A DNA stretch of 64,000 nt from Callorhinchus milii (GCF_018977255.1 NW_024704742.1:124188001-124252000); one strand, 5' to 3'. Positions 25,324-37,234 are shown, counted from the stretch's first letter. Numbers and translations are program-made. The notes: generated from the letters alone by a model not told the origin.

Positions 25324-25716
25324 GCTGCCAAGTTCGCCTACAAAATACGTAATCATTGATTATGTGAAGCTGGGTTCAGTGTACCACTCTGAAACAGTTG
25401 AAAGTATTTAAGTGTTTTAAGCTAATATTTTTCACCACTTTGTGTCTCCTCCCTCCTCCACTCTATCATCCCCATGTGAGTTCAGAACTGGCTGCCAATG
25501 CCTGATTCAGCCTCTAGGGGATATGCCAGACCATCCCAGGTTTCTCGCTCTTTCTCTCTTAATTTCCTGTACTGTCTGTGAGAAACGCACTTTGCCTGTT
25601 CCTTGACACCTTCCTCAGTTACATGACTGATATCAAAAACTAAGTCTCCATAACATTTTAAAATAAGTCTTCAGTATTTCAGTCAATCAACATAGACTAA
25701 TCTGTGCAAATCCTGA

Positions 25717-25948
25717 GGGCTGAATTTCCCATTGGTCCAAATTTAATAACATTGTCTTAAAATGTATGACTTTGGAAATTCTTAAATTCAGTTTTAATAC
25801 GGTTGCCTGTTTTTCAGTTTTTTTAAAAAGAAATGTGGAAAGCCACCTTCCTAATTAATATTGAATTTAAGAGTTTTCCAAAATTCTTACAAAATTTTAA
25901 ATTCTAAGACAATGGTCTGAAACTTAAGACCATGAGAAATTTGAGCGT
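25717..25948. mobile_element. Palindromic MITE-like element
   Basis: Nested inverted pairs: gggctgaatttcccattggtc / gaccatgagaaatttgagcg; cattgtcttaaaat (25750) / attctaagacaatg (25901); ttggaaattcttaaattca (25772) / tgaatttaagagttttccaa (25862). Confidence 0.6.
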
Positions 25949-27482
25949 CAGAATCTATTTACCTGGTAAAATGAAATGTGAATCTGGAGTCTGCTAGCCT
26001 TTGCCTCACTTCCTTTTCCCAGAATATCTCCAGTGCTCTACCAAGACTAATTTGACATTTGCTGAGCTCAGCTCTATTTGGCTCATTACTGAGTGATAAA
26101 TGTTGTAGACAGCAGGTCATATGACTATCTGAAAGGTAATTCAAGCTAACCGCTAAAATCCTGATACCTCAGAAACTTTCCACCAGAGGTTTACCTTTGA
26201 CCTCTGAAAATGAGAAAAACATATAAATGACTGGAAAATATCTATTGTAATTTCCACATCAAGTAAATGTGTTTTTGCTGTACGGTATCCAAACAAAATG
26301 TACTCCAACTTTATTTCCAGTTGTTTTTTCTCAGTACACAATTGAGAACATTTCTTGGAAAGTATGGAAATGGTTATGCGGTTAATGTGTGTTTATCTAT
26401 GCTGAGGGCTGATCACTTATGAAATACACAAACCACACATGGGATACATAACGAGTTAAAATATTACCTTAAAAGTTTTCATTATGTTCAACACAACAAT
26501 GCTACCTCCTCTCTCTCTTCCCCAAACCTTTAACCTGCTTCCTTTTATCCATTGGATCTTGCCCCTTTTGTTTACTTTTGCCATCTCTTTTTGTTTTTGC
26601 CAAGTGTCCTTGTTCACGGTAACACTCAAGATCACAACAACATAAGATTGGTTTGGATGAGGAAAGCCCTGCAGCTCATCCAAATTCATCTCTCCAGAAA
26701 ACCCACCCTCTCATGCCCCCATCACATCATCAAGCTGCTTTATAAATGAGAATGTAAAATGTGATTTAAGCCACATAGAGGCCTCAGCCACTCTGCAGGG
26801 ATAGTGTAGTATTTTGTGTTCTTAAAGGGTGTCTGACATATTCAGATACTAATCACCATGCTTAAGTGTATCCAAACCAAACTGATAATTCCATGCATCC
26901 CACCTACACATGAAAATTCCAGAGATATTTATTAAAATGGATGCGATAATAGATTGCTGAATGGATTGCTCTTTCAAAAGCCAGCACCAACACAATGTGC
27001 TAAATGCCCTTCTGTACTGTTTTTTTTAAGATTAAGGTCCTTCTGTGGTTTTCTTTATCAGTTTTAAGCTCTGTCTCTTATCTGTCTGTGCTAAAAGTAA
27101 AGTACCTTTACTTTTTCCTTTAGCTTGTGAATTATGATTTTACTAAACAGATTGACAGTAACCTGATGAAATGGCCTCCAGGATTATCTGTCTGACGTAG
27201 GCACTGAATTATACATTTTTTCCATTGTTTTCAACCTTAATTGTTGGAAAACTCATTGGAATAAATACTAGTTGTATCAGCTTGTAACCAAGGTGATTGA
27301 AAAGCAAGCTGATAACAACTAAACACCAAACACTGTTTGGAGCAGAACAATAAGATCTGATATGCTCTGCTGGAATGAAAGACTGGAGTTTGACCCTGTT
27401 ATGTCCAAAATACACCTTCTGAAAATCTTCAAATGCCTGAAGTTTTTATTTTAAAGAATAGAGCACTATATTATTCCTCTAG

Positions 27483-27934
27483 CTGTTTCCCTTCGAATTC
27501 AAGATCCTCATCCTCAACTACAAGGCCATTCACGGCCTTGCTCCCTCCTACCTCTCTGACCTACTATCCCCCTACCTACCTGCCCGTACCCTCCGTTCCT
27601 CTGGCTCCGGTCTGCTCCACATCCCCCGCCCCAAACGCCCTACCATCGGTGGCCGGGCCTTCAGCCTCTCAGCCCCCAGGCTCTGGAACTCCATCCCCCA
27701 GTGCCTTCGCCGCTTCCTCCCTTTCCTCCTTCAAGGCCGGTCTCAAGACCTTTCTCTTTGATCGTGCCTTCAGCTCCCCTCTCGACTCTCTACCCCTTCC
27801 TCGCTCCCTCCCTTCCCTCCCCCTGACCATTTTCCCCCCCAATGCTCGGGTCCTGACCCAACTGTCCAGAGCCTTGGGATGTCCTCCCGATGTGAAAGGC
27901 GCTCTATAAATGGAATCTTGTTGTTGTTGTTGTT
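27483..27934 (+). mobile_element. L2 LINE 3' end, relatively young
   Basis: FKILILNYKAIHGLAPSYL and SFKAGLKTFLFDRAF motifs, tail gatgtgaaaggcgctctataaat...(TTG)n. Confidence 0.9.
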
Positions 27935-28359
27935 TGAATACTGAGATAATTTTATACTGGGCAGAAATGATCCCCCGCTAAGTGCCCAATCCTATTATAT
28001 ACAACAGGCCCCACATTAACAAGTTAGGATGTTCTATGACACACCACACACCTGAATTTTGATAGATTCAATCCCTATTCTATTTTTTCAGAGATACATT
28101 GCGGAATTTGCCATAATCCCACTCTCAAAATTACTCGAACCATTAAATCTAATAATTGCTACCACAATCTCAGGTGAGTACTACACATAATGGAGGCAGT
28201 AATCATGACATGGTAACATATACTGATAATTTCAGGACTGATTTTAAGGAATCTATCCCTTATTTATCATGAGTTCTGAAGGCAAACATATTGTGATAAA
28301 TTCAAAACAAAGTAAGAATTATTGTAATAAACTCATAAGTAATAAATATTCAGCGTATC

Positions 28360-28810
28360 TAATTCAAGATACTTGTTCTTACCTTCAAATCCTTCTATGG
28401 CCTTGCCCCACCCTACCTCTGTGACGTTCCTACACCGATACTGATACACTTCACTCAGCGAACACTAGCTACTTCAGGCCCCTCGCCTATCCCCCCACCA
28501 TTGCCGTTCTGCCCCACTTTCTGGAACTGTATCCCAGAGTCCCTCTAACTCTCAGCGCTTTGGGACGTTTTCCCGACATGAAAGGCGCTCTATAAATGTA
28601 ATTTTATTGTTGTTGTTGTTGACTTGCTCCTCCCTCCCCACGTTCAAAGCCCATCTCACGAATTACCTCTTTGACTATACTTTTGGTCATCTTTCCCCTT
28701 TGCACCCTCTTCAATTCCGACCCCTCAGCTTGAGTATCCAGCCAGCAATGTGAAGCACTTTGAGACATCCTCCCAACATGGAAGGTGCTATTATTAATAA
28801 ATTATAATTG
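28360..28810 (+). mobile_element. L2 3' fragment with a nested L2 tail
   Basis: ttcaagatacttgttcttaccttcaaatcc. Two tails end at ~28620 and ~28800. Confidence 0.7.
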
Positions 28811-30249
28811 TATTATGTCACCCAACTGCTGAAAAGGATGATATAAAGGAATTCCTTAAATGTTAATTTGAAAACTTTTTTTCCCATATAAAACTAAGCA
28901 TCTCAGACATATCTAAGAATAGCTACTTACTATTTTGAACAGTAACCATGCAACTTTCACTTATGTAGTATTATGTCAAAAGTTATTCTGCAATGGAAAA
29001 AGTAACAAAGTAATTGCATGGTGAGTCAGATAGTCACATCAATGCTCTATTTTTTCCACCGTGACTGCTGCATTGCAATGTTAGCAGGACAATTACATAG
29101 CAATCTATGTACTGTAGTACTTACGTCAACAGTATGTATGGTGGTCAAATGGAACAGTTGGATTTCTGAAAACGTATCAAAGTTCAAATTCTGTCAATGC
29201 TAAATAATACTTACCAAAATATCTTAAAATTCCCAAATTATATAACTCAAATATTATTATATCAAGCTATTATTGTATATTACAAACCTCTCATGGTTAA
29301 TTTTAAAGATAGTCATTTCTCAAATTACACATTTCACATACAATTATAGGATATAATTTAAGGTTATATGGTGCTTTTGTATATTTTTCCTTTGTAAAAT
29401 GAAGCAACAGTTGAAAAGTACATCATCATCAGTGACATATATAACTCGATAGGCCAGTCCTACAATTACACTATAATTTTTTCCTTAAGAAAACAATTGA
29501 TACATTGTTGCTTTAAAACATAAAACAAGGAAGTGTTACATACATTGCTTTTACTGAAAATAAAGCAAAAAATCTGTTTATAAATATACATTTTTAAAAT
29601 CAACGGTTTACCTTATTGTTTAGTGTTTAAATTCAACAGTTGACTAATGAAAAAAATCTTCTACAAATCAGTCTAAGCAGTATGCTGCTGTAGAGAATAT
29701 TTTGATTATTTACCATTGGTATAGTTTTCTATATTCTTGCTGAACAACTTATGGTAAATGTATGTTCCAGCAGGAGAAAAACACAGTTGATTAGTCTTAA
29801 AACAGCCTCTGTAAATTTCTGTAAACAGAGATGTAAATCTACTGCTACTACACACCAAGTCTTAGCCTGGGAACTTATCTTAAAACACTAAAACACAAAT
29901 ACAAATAGTAGGAATTAAGTACTTATGTAGTACAATTGCTGTACGGTATTTGATGCATTCATGTATGACAGCTTTGCACATATAGTTGGAAGTTTGCATG
30001 TTTATTCAAATACTTTTACTGTATTGTTTGTCTACACTTGACAACAATCACCTGTGAATTTGAGCACTTTGACATTTTCCTTCCTATATGAAATGCAAGT
30101 TTATTTATTTATCATGGACATATAATAACATGAAGGTTACCTCACTCTGTCACAATATTGTCTTTAAATAAACAAACAGTCCAAGAGTGCTTAAGGGGAA
30201 GATGCTCTAATGATATTTATTTGATAAGGAATACATTGTCAGGATTTTA

Positions 30250-31034
30250 CTGTATATATTTCCTGATAACCAAGGAAAAAGGGCTCAGTGATGAGTTATT
30301 AAGAGCAACGAGTTATCAGGAATGGTGAGGTATCAGGAGTGGTGAGTTATCAGGAGTGGTGAGTTATCAGGAGTGGCGAGGTATCAGTAGTGGCGAGTTA
30401 TCAGGAGTGGCGAGTTATCAGGAGTGGTGAGGTATCAGGGGTGGTGAGTTATCAGGAGTGGTGAGGTATCAGGGGTGGCGAGTTATCAGGAGTGGTGAGG
30501 TATCAGGGGTGGTGAGTTATCAGGAGTGGTGAGGTATCAGGGGTGGTGAGGTATCAGGGGTGGTGAGTTATCAGGAGTGGTGAGGTATCAAGAGTGGTGA
30601 GGTATCAGGGGTGGTGAGTTATCAGGAGTGGTGAGTTAGGGATAGGTCCTCCTGGACCACAAGGGGTGCAGTAACTGGTGCTGGCATTCAGTGCAGATGG
30701 GCGCGCATGCTCAAATGCTTCGCAGAGGCCTCTGGTCTATTGCAGGGCCGCTTTGTGGCCTTCAGTCACGTGTCCCACCCTATCCTGTGACTATATGTAC
30801 CTAACCCCTGCGGAGCACCTTCACCAGTCACAGAATAGGGTGAGATGCCACTGCGGTGCAAGGTGCCATTTTATTGCAAGAGTTATCTGAGCAAAGTAAG
30901 TACTTATACAAAATTCTGGAATACAACTAGTTATGGTGTGATCAGCGGAGGCCCTTATTAACATTTTGTTTAACAACTGGGATACTTAAGAATAGTGACA
31001 GTTAAACCAGGATCTTGTTTTCAGGAGTTCACTG
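30250..31034. mobile_element. Second copy of the Tc1/pogo-type MITE, carrying a minisatellite and an internal hairpin
   Basis: Collinear with 9639-10064 (gataac..caagg.aaa.g.gctcagtga, aggcctctggtctatt, gcaag.tgccat, tctggaatacaactagtta). The right end is gttttcaggagttcactg; the left end is degenerate. Confidence 0.75.
30310..30638. repeat. 17-bp minisatellite, 19 full copies, consensus GAG(T/G)TATCAGG(A/G)GTGG(T/C)
   Basis: Read directly from the sequence. The period is exact (30310 + 19 x 17 = 30633) and there are no spacers. Confidence 0.95.
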
Positions 31035-31277
31035 TGGGTAGTAGGGAACAAGAAGCCATTCATCTCTAGTTTTCTTGTCCTACATATCACGTACAACCTT
31101 TCTGCGATGGAGAGAATCAAATGGAATTAGTATGCTGAGGAAAAGGCAAGCAAGTAAAATTACATCCTTGCCTCACTCATCTCAGACTATCATTCGATTA
31201 AACAGTGAATCTAATTTGGACCATTGCACTGCAAATGATTTAGTCATTGAAATTAGATAACAGATATGTCCCTGGTA

Positions 31278-31543
31278 AATTATAATAATAATACTTGCAT
31301 TTGATATAGCGCCTCATCACGTCTTCTAGATGTCTCAAAGCTCTTCACAGGATATACTGTAAAGTGAACTGACTGTATATTTTGTGGGCGAAACACAGCA
31401 GTGTCCCACTGACAGTTGTGGATTTGAGTGACCAATTTATTCTTAATAATTTTGAAGGAATTATTATTCTCCGAAAAGTGATCCGCCAATCGACTAACAA
31501 CTGGCTTTCTACTCACTGCTAGGTAAACAGAGGTGTGTGGAGT
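31278..31543 (-). mobile_element. tRNA SINE body and tail (long variant)
   Basis: ttgcatttgatatagcgcctcatcacgtc...gatccgccaatcgactaacaa...gtgtgtggagtaa. Confidence 0.85.
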
Positions 31544-31686
31544 AATCTGTTTAAATTAATCTGTTGCTGAAGCCTTCTGCAAAAGAGTACTAATTAGAGT
31601 GAATGCAAAGTGAAGCTTCCAAAATAGGATGAAACTTGTCAAATTTTATTCAATTATCTTTACCTCTGCCGATGTAGACAATACCA

Positions 31687-31942
31687 ATAATAATCCCTGC
31701 ATTTGATATGGTGCCTTATCACTCTGTTGAGAAGATTCAAAGAGATACACAGGAAATACTGTAAAGTGGATTGACTGTATATTTTGAGGGAAAAACGCAG
31801 CAGCCAATTACGCACAGTAGACAGTCATGGATTGAGTGACCAAGTTTTTTTTTGAAGGGATTACTACTCCCAGAAAAGCGATCCGCCAATCGACTAATAA
31901 ATGGGTTCCGACTTACTGCTAGGCGTGTGGAGGAAGGAAACC
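31687..31942 (-). mobile_element. tRNA SINE body and tail (long variant)
   Basis: Same motifs as the 31278 copy. Confidence 0.85.
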
Positions 31943-32493
31943 TGCTGAGGGACGAGCAAGAGGCCAGAGTCATTCTTCTACTTAAAGTCAAACATAAACC
32001 ACACCTACAACCACACATGTTACATGATATAAAATAAAATTGTTATAAATTTTTTTAAGAAGTACTTACTTTACTCAGATAACTCTTGCAATAACATGTG
32101 CAATAACCACACATGTTACTTGATATAAAAGTGCTTGATATACATCGACTTACTTACGAAAAAGAAGAGGATCATCATTTGGATATGTCCCAGACCAACT
32201 CTGAGGAACAGCCAAACACAGAAAAATATAGGTGGTTATTCCATATTTCTTTTTACACCACCAAAATCCTCATCCATGCCTTTGTTACCTCCCAACTTAA
32301 CTTCTCTAATGCATTCCTTGGTCTCTGTGGTTTTGCCATCCATAAACTCCAGCTCATTCAAAACTCCCCCAGCCGCATCCTCACCTGCACTTAACTCCAC
32401 ATGTCCATCATCCTTAGCCGTAGATCCCTATCTTTGTGATCTTTTCCTACCTCACTCCTCTGCTTGCCCCCTCCTTTCAGCAAACTTAATAAC

Positions 32494-32840
32494 AATACTT
32501 CCATTTGACATAGTGTCATATCATGTCATCAAGATGCTCAAAGCGCTTCACAGAATATACTGCAAAGTGAATTGAATGTATATGTTTGTGGGTGAAACAC
32601 AGCAGCCAATTGCGCACAGCAGTATCCCACAATCAATCGTGGATTGAGTAACAATTTTTTTTGAAGATTATGACCCCCGGAAAGCAATCCGCTAATTGAC
32701 TAACAGCAGGGTTCCTACTTACTGCTAAGTAAACAGACGCATGTGCAGTAAGGAAACTTGCCTAAGGTTTCGCCCTGCTGGGAATGGAACCCAGGTCCAA
32801 TTTGAGGCGAGTGCGCTAGTCACTTTGCTAGGGGAGTCAC
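32494..32840 (-). mobile_element. tRNA SINE, near full length (long variant)
   Basis: Tail, body and head (aggtttcgccctg...gcgagtgcgcta) in reverse orientation. Confidence 0.8.
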
Positions 32841-33744
32841 AGTGTGCCCTTTGCTCATTATATCCTCACCTTTTGGAACTCCATTCCTGGCCCCCTCTAT
32901 GTATTTCATTAAATCTTGTCAAAAAAANCACCTCTTCATCTGCAGTCATCTCTTTCCATCTCCTCCCTTGAGATCTGGATGTAGGCATTTTTTAAGTTAA
33001 AAAGGCCGCTAAAAATATATTTTTAAAAAAATATAAAAGTCAATATTATCTGTCAAAAAATTGTAAAAGCTGGAAAATGGGAATGCTAAATATAAATTAT
33101 TTCAAGTGATCCCCTCCCCATCCCATGGCTCTCATCTATTTCTTTATTTGAGTTACAGTTCAACGACTTCTGACTTGAGAGAGACTTTGACATTGCTTTA
33201 TGGAGGTCTGGAGGAAAGCTGTGCACAAAATATCTTTCATCAGCATTTGTAAGAGAACACAGGCCTCAATCTTCAAAGAGTAGCTGCACTTCAGTGTTGT
33301 ATTAGAATTATGGTCACACCAACTGCCGTAAGTCTACCATTGTTAAAATGTTTGTGGTCATTTATTGTGGTCATCGTGTGAGTGTATAACATTTTACTTG
33401 GAATGGTTGTAGTGGGGAAGAAATGTGAGGATACCTTAAACATACTACTATTTTAATCTGACAACCTTTTTATTTCAATTTTCATTCTCTTCTTAAGACA
33501 CTTTCATACATAAATTAAATGATATTTATGACTGCAAGTTCTATCGATTTGCTGATGTTTTCACTTTCTGTAATTTTCATGAATGCGAATGCCCAGATCA
33601 TTTTGTTAGGAGCTACTCTCCTGTGGCTCTTCTTAAAGTTTTATTGAATCCTAGCTTCCGTTGCAGCTACTCTTGTAACCAAAGGATCCAATATGGAATA
33701 TAGATTGACACAGACAGACAGACAGTTCATCTTTATCTATACTC

Positions 33745-34430
33745 TTCTGGGAGGACTCCTATGGTAGGACTCATTTTGGCTGTGCTATTCTTAGAGTGGG
33801 CAACTCATTTTGGTGCGCTGCTGCAGTCCTTTCAGCATTGAAGTGCAGCCACGCTGTTCTTTGTTCAGTTTCATTTGATGGCCATCTCTCTTTTGTCTAG
33901 CATTTTTACTTATCCCTGAATGGTTTGATTTTCGCTTAGGCATCTTTGTAATGATAAATATAAATGTATAATTTATAATCACTGGGACATCCATGTGAAA
34001 GGCGCTTTAAAAATGTCATTTTGTTGTTGTGAAGGCTTACCTTTGCCTGTGTTCTTTATTTTGTTTCCATCGCCACTTGGCTATGTATGTGCTCCGTAAC
34101 GCAGGATGCCACAGTGCCAGTCAGCTGGCCCGACTACCAGGTGTAACTGCAGTGCGTGTGTACATACATATGTGCTCTGTGACGCATGTTGCCACAGCGC
34201 CACTTTGACTCAGCAGCCACCATGTGTAACTGCTGTGAAAAACGCAAAACTGATATACATTTTAGGTCATAACTCATTAACGATAGGAGATACAAGAACT
34301 ATGTCCACGTCACTCCCAGTTGCAAGACTTTTCCGATGAGGTATAAATCATGTCTCTACGTCAATCGATTATTGAGATCCTTCTACAAGCGCAGACAGAC
34401 AGACAGATATTGTCATTTTATTAGTATAGA
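33745..34430 (-). mobile_element. Helitron 5' remnant with a frameshifted RepHel-like N-terminus
   Basis: Minus strand begins A|TCTATACTAATAAAATGACAAT followed by (TCTG)n. ATG at 33943 gives MPKRKSNHSGISKNARQKR, then after a frameshift SNETEQRTAWLHFNAERTAAAHQNE (ETxEQR..L repeat-like). No 3' hairpin-CTAG end was identified. Confidence 0.65.
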
Positions 34431-34959
34431 TAGAAGATAGAAGATTGACTCCACCATGTGTGTATCATGTTTTTGGAGTTTCTCTTTGCTCAGAGCTTAT
34501 GTGTGGGAGATTGACCGGGATGGTAGGAGTTTGGTGACACAAGTCGTAGATTAAGGAAGCGTAGCTGAAGAGCATGAATTCTGGAATGAACAGAACATAC
34601 CCAAGAGCTCTGTGCTCCAACCTTGAGAAACTCCTCTCTCTTGCATGGGCGTTATGTGTTATGGTCTTGTTCAGCTCCGTAATAACTGTCGAATGATCCC
34701 TTTGCAATGCTCGGCTATGGTTAGCCACACAGCTTTCCACTTACTGGACGGTATTAGAAAACCTGTGCGTCTCCTCCAGAATTCCTAAATGCAATTCAAC
34801 CGCCATAACCGCCCGCCCCCACTACCCCCCCATCCCACACCTTAACTGATATTAACTTCTTCAATGTTTGTGTACCGGAATTTCTACCATATATTTTTTA
34901 AAATAAAAGCAATGGAGAAGAAAAATACTGTATTCCAATCCAGCAAAGGGCTGAGAGCC

Positions 34960-36650
34960 GAATCAATACCACCCAATGTACACCGACGCAGCGGTGCCTT
35001 TCACGGCGGGAGGATGTCCAAAAGCGCTCGACAATTCAGGTTGGGCACTGGAGCTGAGGGTGGGGGTGGTTCAGCGGAGAGGGGGGGGGGGGCAGCGGAG
35101 GGGCGGGGGCAGCGGAGAGGGGGGGGGGCAGCGGAGGGGGGGCGGGGGCAGCGGAGAGGGGGGGGCGGGGGTGCGCGGAGATTTGACTGATCACCGAAAG
35201 CGGTCAAAGAGGTGGTTTGAGGTGTATCTTGAACTTGAAAGAGAGGGGAACAAGTCAGAGGGGAGAACAGAATCCCAGAGAGCCAGAGCCCTGCCCTGCT
35301 TTGCCTGCTCTGCCCTGCCCACCTTGCCTGCCCTCCCTGCCTTGCCCTGCTTCCCTGTCCTGCCCTCCCTGCCCCACCCTCCCTCCCTGCCCACCTTGCC
35401 CTCCCTGCCTTGCCCGCCTCCCTGCCCTGCCCTCCTCCCTCCTGCCCTCCCTCCCTCCCTGCCTTGCCCTCCCTCCCCTGCCCTCCCTCCCTGCCTTGCC
35501 CTGCCCTGCCTTGCCCTCCCTCCCTCCCTGCCTTGCCCTCCCTGCCCTCCCTGCCTTGCCCTCCCTCCCCTCCCTGCCCTCCCCTCCCTGCCTTGCCCTG
35601 CTGCCCTCCCTGCCCTGCCCTCCCTACCTTGCCCTCCCCTCCCTGCCTTGCCCTCCCTGCCCTGCCCTCCCCTCCTTGCCTCCCCTGCCCTCCCTGCCTT
35701 GCCCTGCTTCCCTGTCCTGCCCTCCCTGCCCCACCCTCCTCCCCTGCCCACCTTGCCCTCCCTGCCTTGCCCGCCCTCCCTGCCCTGCCCTCCCTCCCCT
35801 CCTGCCCTCCCTCCCTCCCTGCCTTGCCCTCCCTCCCTGCCCTCCCTCCCTGCCTTGCCCTGCCCTGCCTTGCCCTCCCTCCCTCCCCTCCCTGCCTTGC
35901 CCTCCCTGCCTTGCCCTCCCTCCCTCCCTGCCCTCCCCTCCCTGCCTTGCCCTGCCTGCCCTCCCCTCCCTGCCCTCCCTGCCTGCCCTCCCTACCTTGC
36001 CCTCCCTCCCTGCCTTGCCCTCCCTGCCTGCCCTCCCCTCCTTGCCCTCCCTGTCCTCCCTGCCTTGCCCTGCCCTGCCCTCCCTTGCCCTGCCCTCCCT
36101 GCCTTGCCCTGCCCTCCCTTGCCCTGCCCTCCCTGCCTTGCCCTCCCGGCCCTGCCCTCCCGGCCCTGCCAAGCAGTGCAACACAAGATCACATTTGCAA
36201 CAGAGCCCCTTTCACGTCGGGAGGGAGGGAGGACGTCCCGAGGCGCTGCGGGGCCCCCAGTGTGTGGAGCCGAGGCTGTGCCGCCCCCTCAGCCCCTGAA
36301 GGCCTGAGGCCTCCACCCCACCCCACCCCCCGCTTCCGGGGTCATTCAAACCCGCTCAAACGTCTGCGATCAGATGACCCGACGTGTGAGTGAGTGAGTG
36401 AGTGAGAGAGAGAGAGGGGGAGGGTTTTGTGTGTGTTTTCTCGCTTATCAAATCGCCCACTGGGGGAATAGAAGTGTCTGAGCTGCAAATCCAGGGGCGG
36501 CCTCACAGGACAGTACAATACAGTACAGCACTGCACTGCACTGGAGGCGAAACCCTTCCTCCCCCCCGGACTGGATGCACTGTGTGTTGAGCTGTGCCGC
36601 CGGGGATGTGTGAGCCGCGGGTGAGGGTCTGCACTGGTACCTGACACACA
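34960..36650 (+). promoter_or_regulatory. GC/CpG-rich region; probable upstream ARL15 promoter
   Basis: CpG clusters at ~34960-35200 and ~36210-36620, GC boxes, and an ETS-like CTTCCGG at 36333. It lies just upstream of the MDYL exon and is divergent from HSPB3, as in human. Confidence 0.55.
35288..36170. repeat. C-rich low-complexity satellite built from CCCT/CCTG/CCTTG units
   Basis: About 880 bp with almost no A on the plus strand. An internal duplication is visible: gccctgcttccctgtcctgccctccctgccccaccctc at 35344 and 35701. Confidence 0.95.
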
Positions 36651-37118
36651 CACCACTCACTCACTCACTCACACACACACCACTCACTCACTCACTCACA
36701 CACACCACTCACTCACTCACACACCACTCACTCACTCAGTCACTCACACACACCACTCAGTCACTCACTCACACACTCACACCACTCACTCACACACTCA
36801 CACCACTCAGTCACTCACTCACACACACACCACTCACTCACTCACTCACTCACTCACTCACACACACACACCATTCACTCACACTCACACCACTCAGTCA
36901 CTCACACACACACCACTCACTCACACACACACACCACTCACTCACTCACACACTCACCACTCAGTCACTCACTCACACACCACTCACTCACTCACACACT
37001 CACCACTCAGTCACTCACTCAGTCACTCACACACACACCACTCACTCACTCAGTCACTCACACACACACCACTCACACACTCACACCACTCAGTCACTCA
37101 CACACACATCACTCACTC
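36645..37118. repeat. Compound (TCAC)n/(CA)n microsatellite
   Basis: Read directly from the sequence. Confidence 0.95.
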
Positions 37119-37234
37119 AAGGAAGACAAGAACTACAGTGGACTCTGAAGCTGGAGAGGCCTCTCTCCCTTCTCCCCCCACTCCCCCCCCCCCCCCCCCC
37201 CCACACTCCCTCCCTCCCTCTCTCCCTGGAGTAG

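Noticed and set aside
30310..30638. 17-bp array as a CRISPR locus
   Set aside because: Units are head-to-tail with no unique spacers, there are no cas genes, and the context is eukaryotic.
34976..36393. Long Pro/Leu/Cys-rich ORFs (443, 360 and 327 aa) and their Gly/Arg-rich antisense ORFs
   Set aside because: All frames are open only because the C-rich satellite lacks the A/T needed for stop codons.
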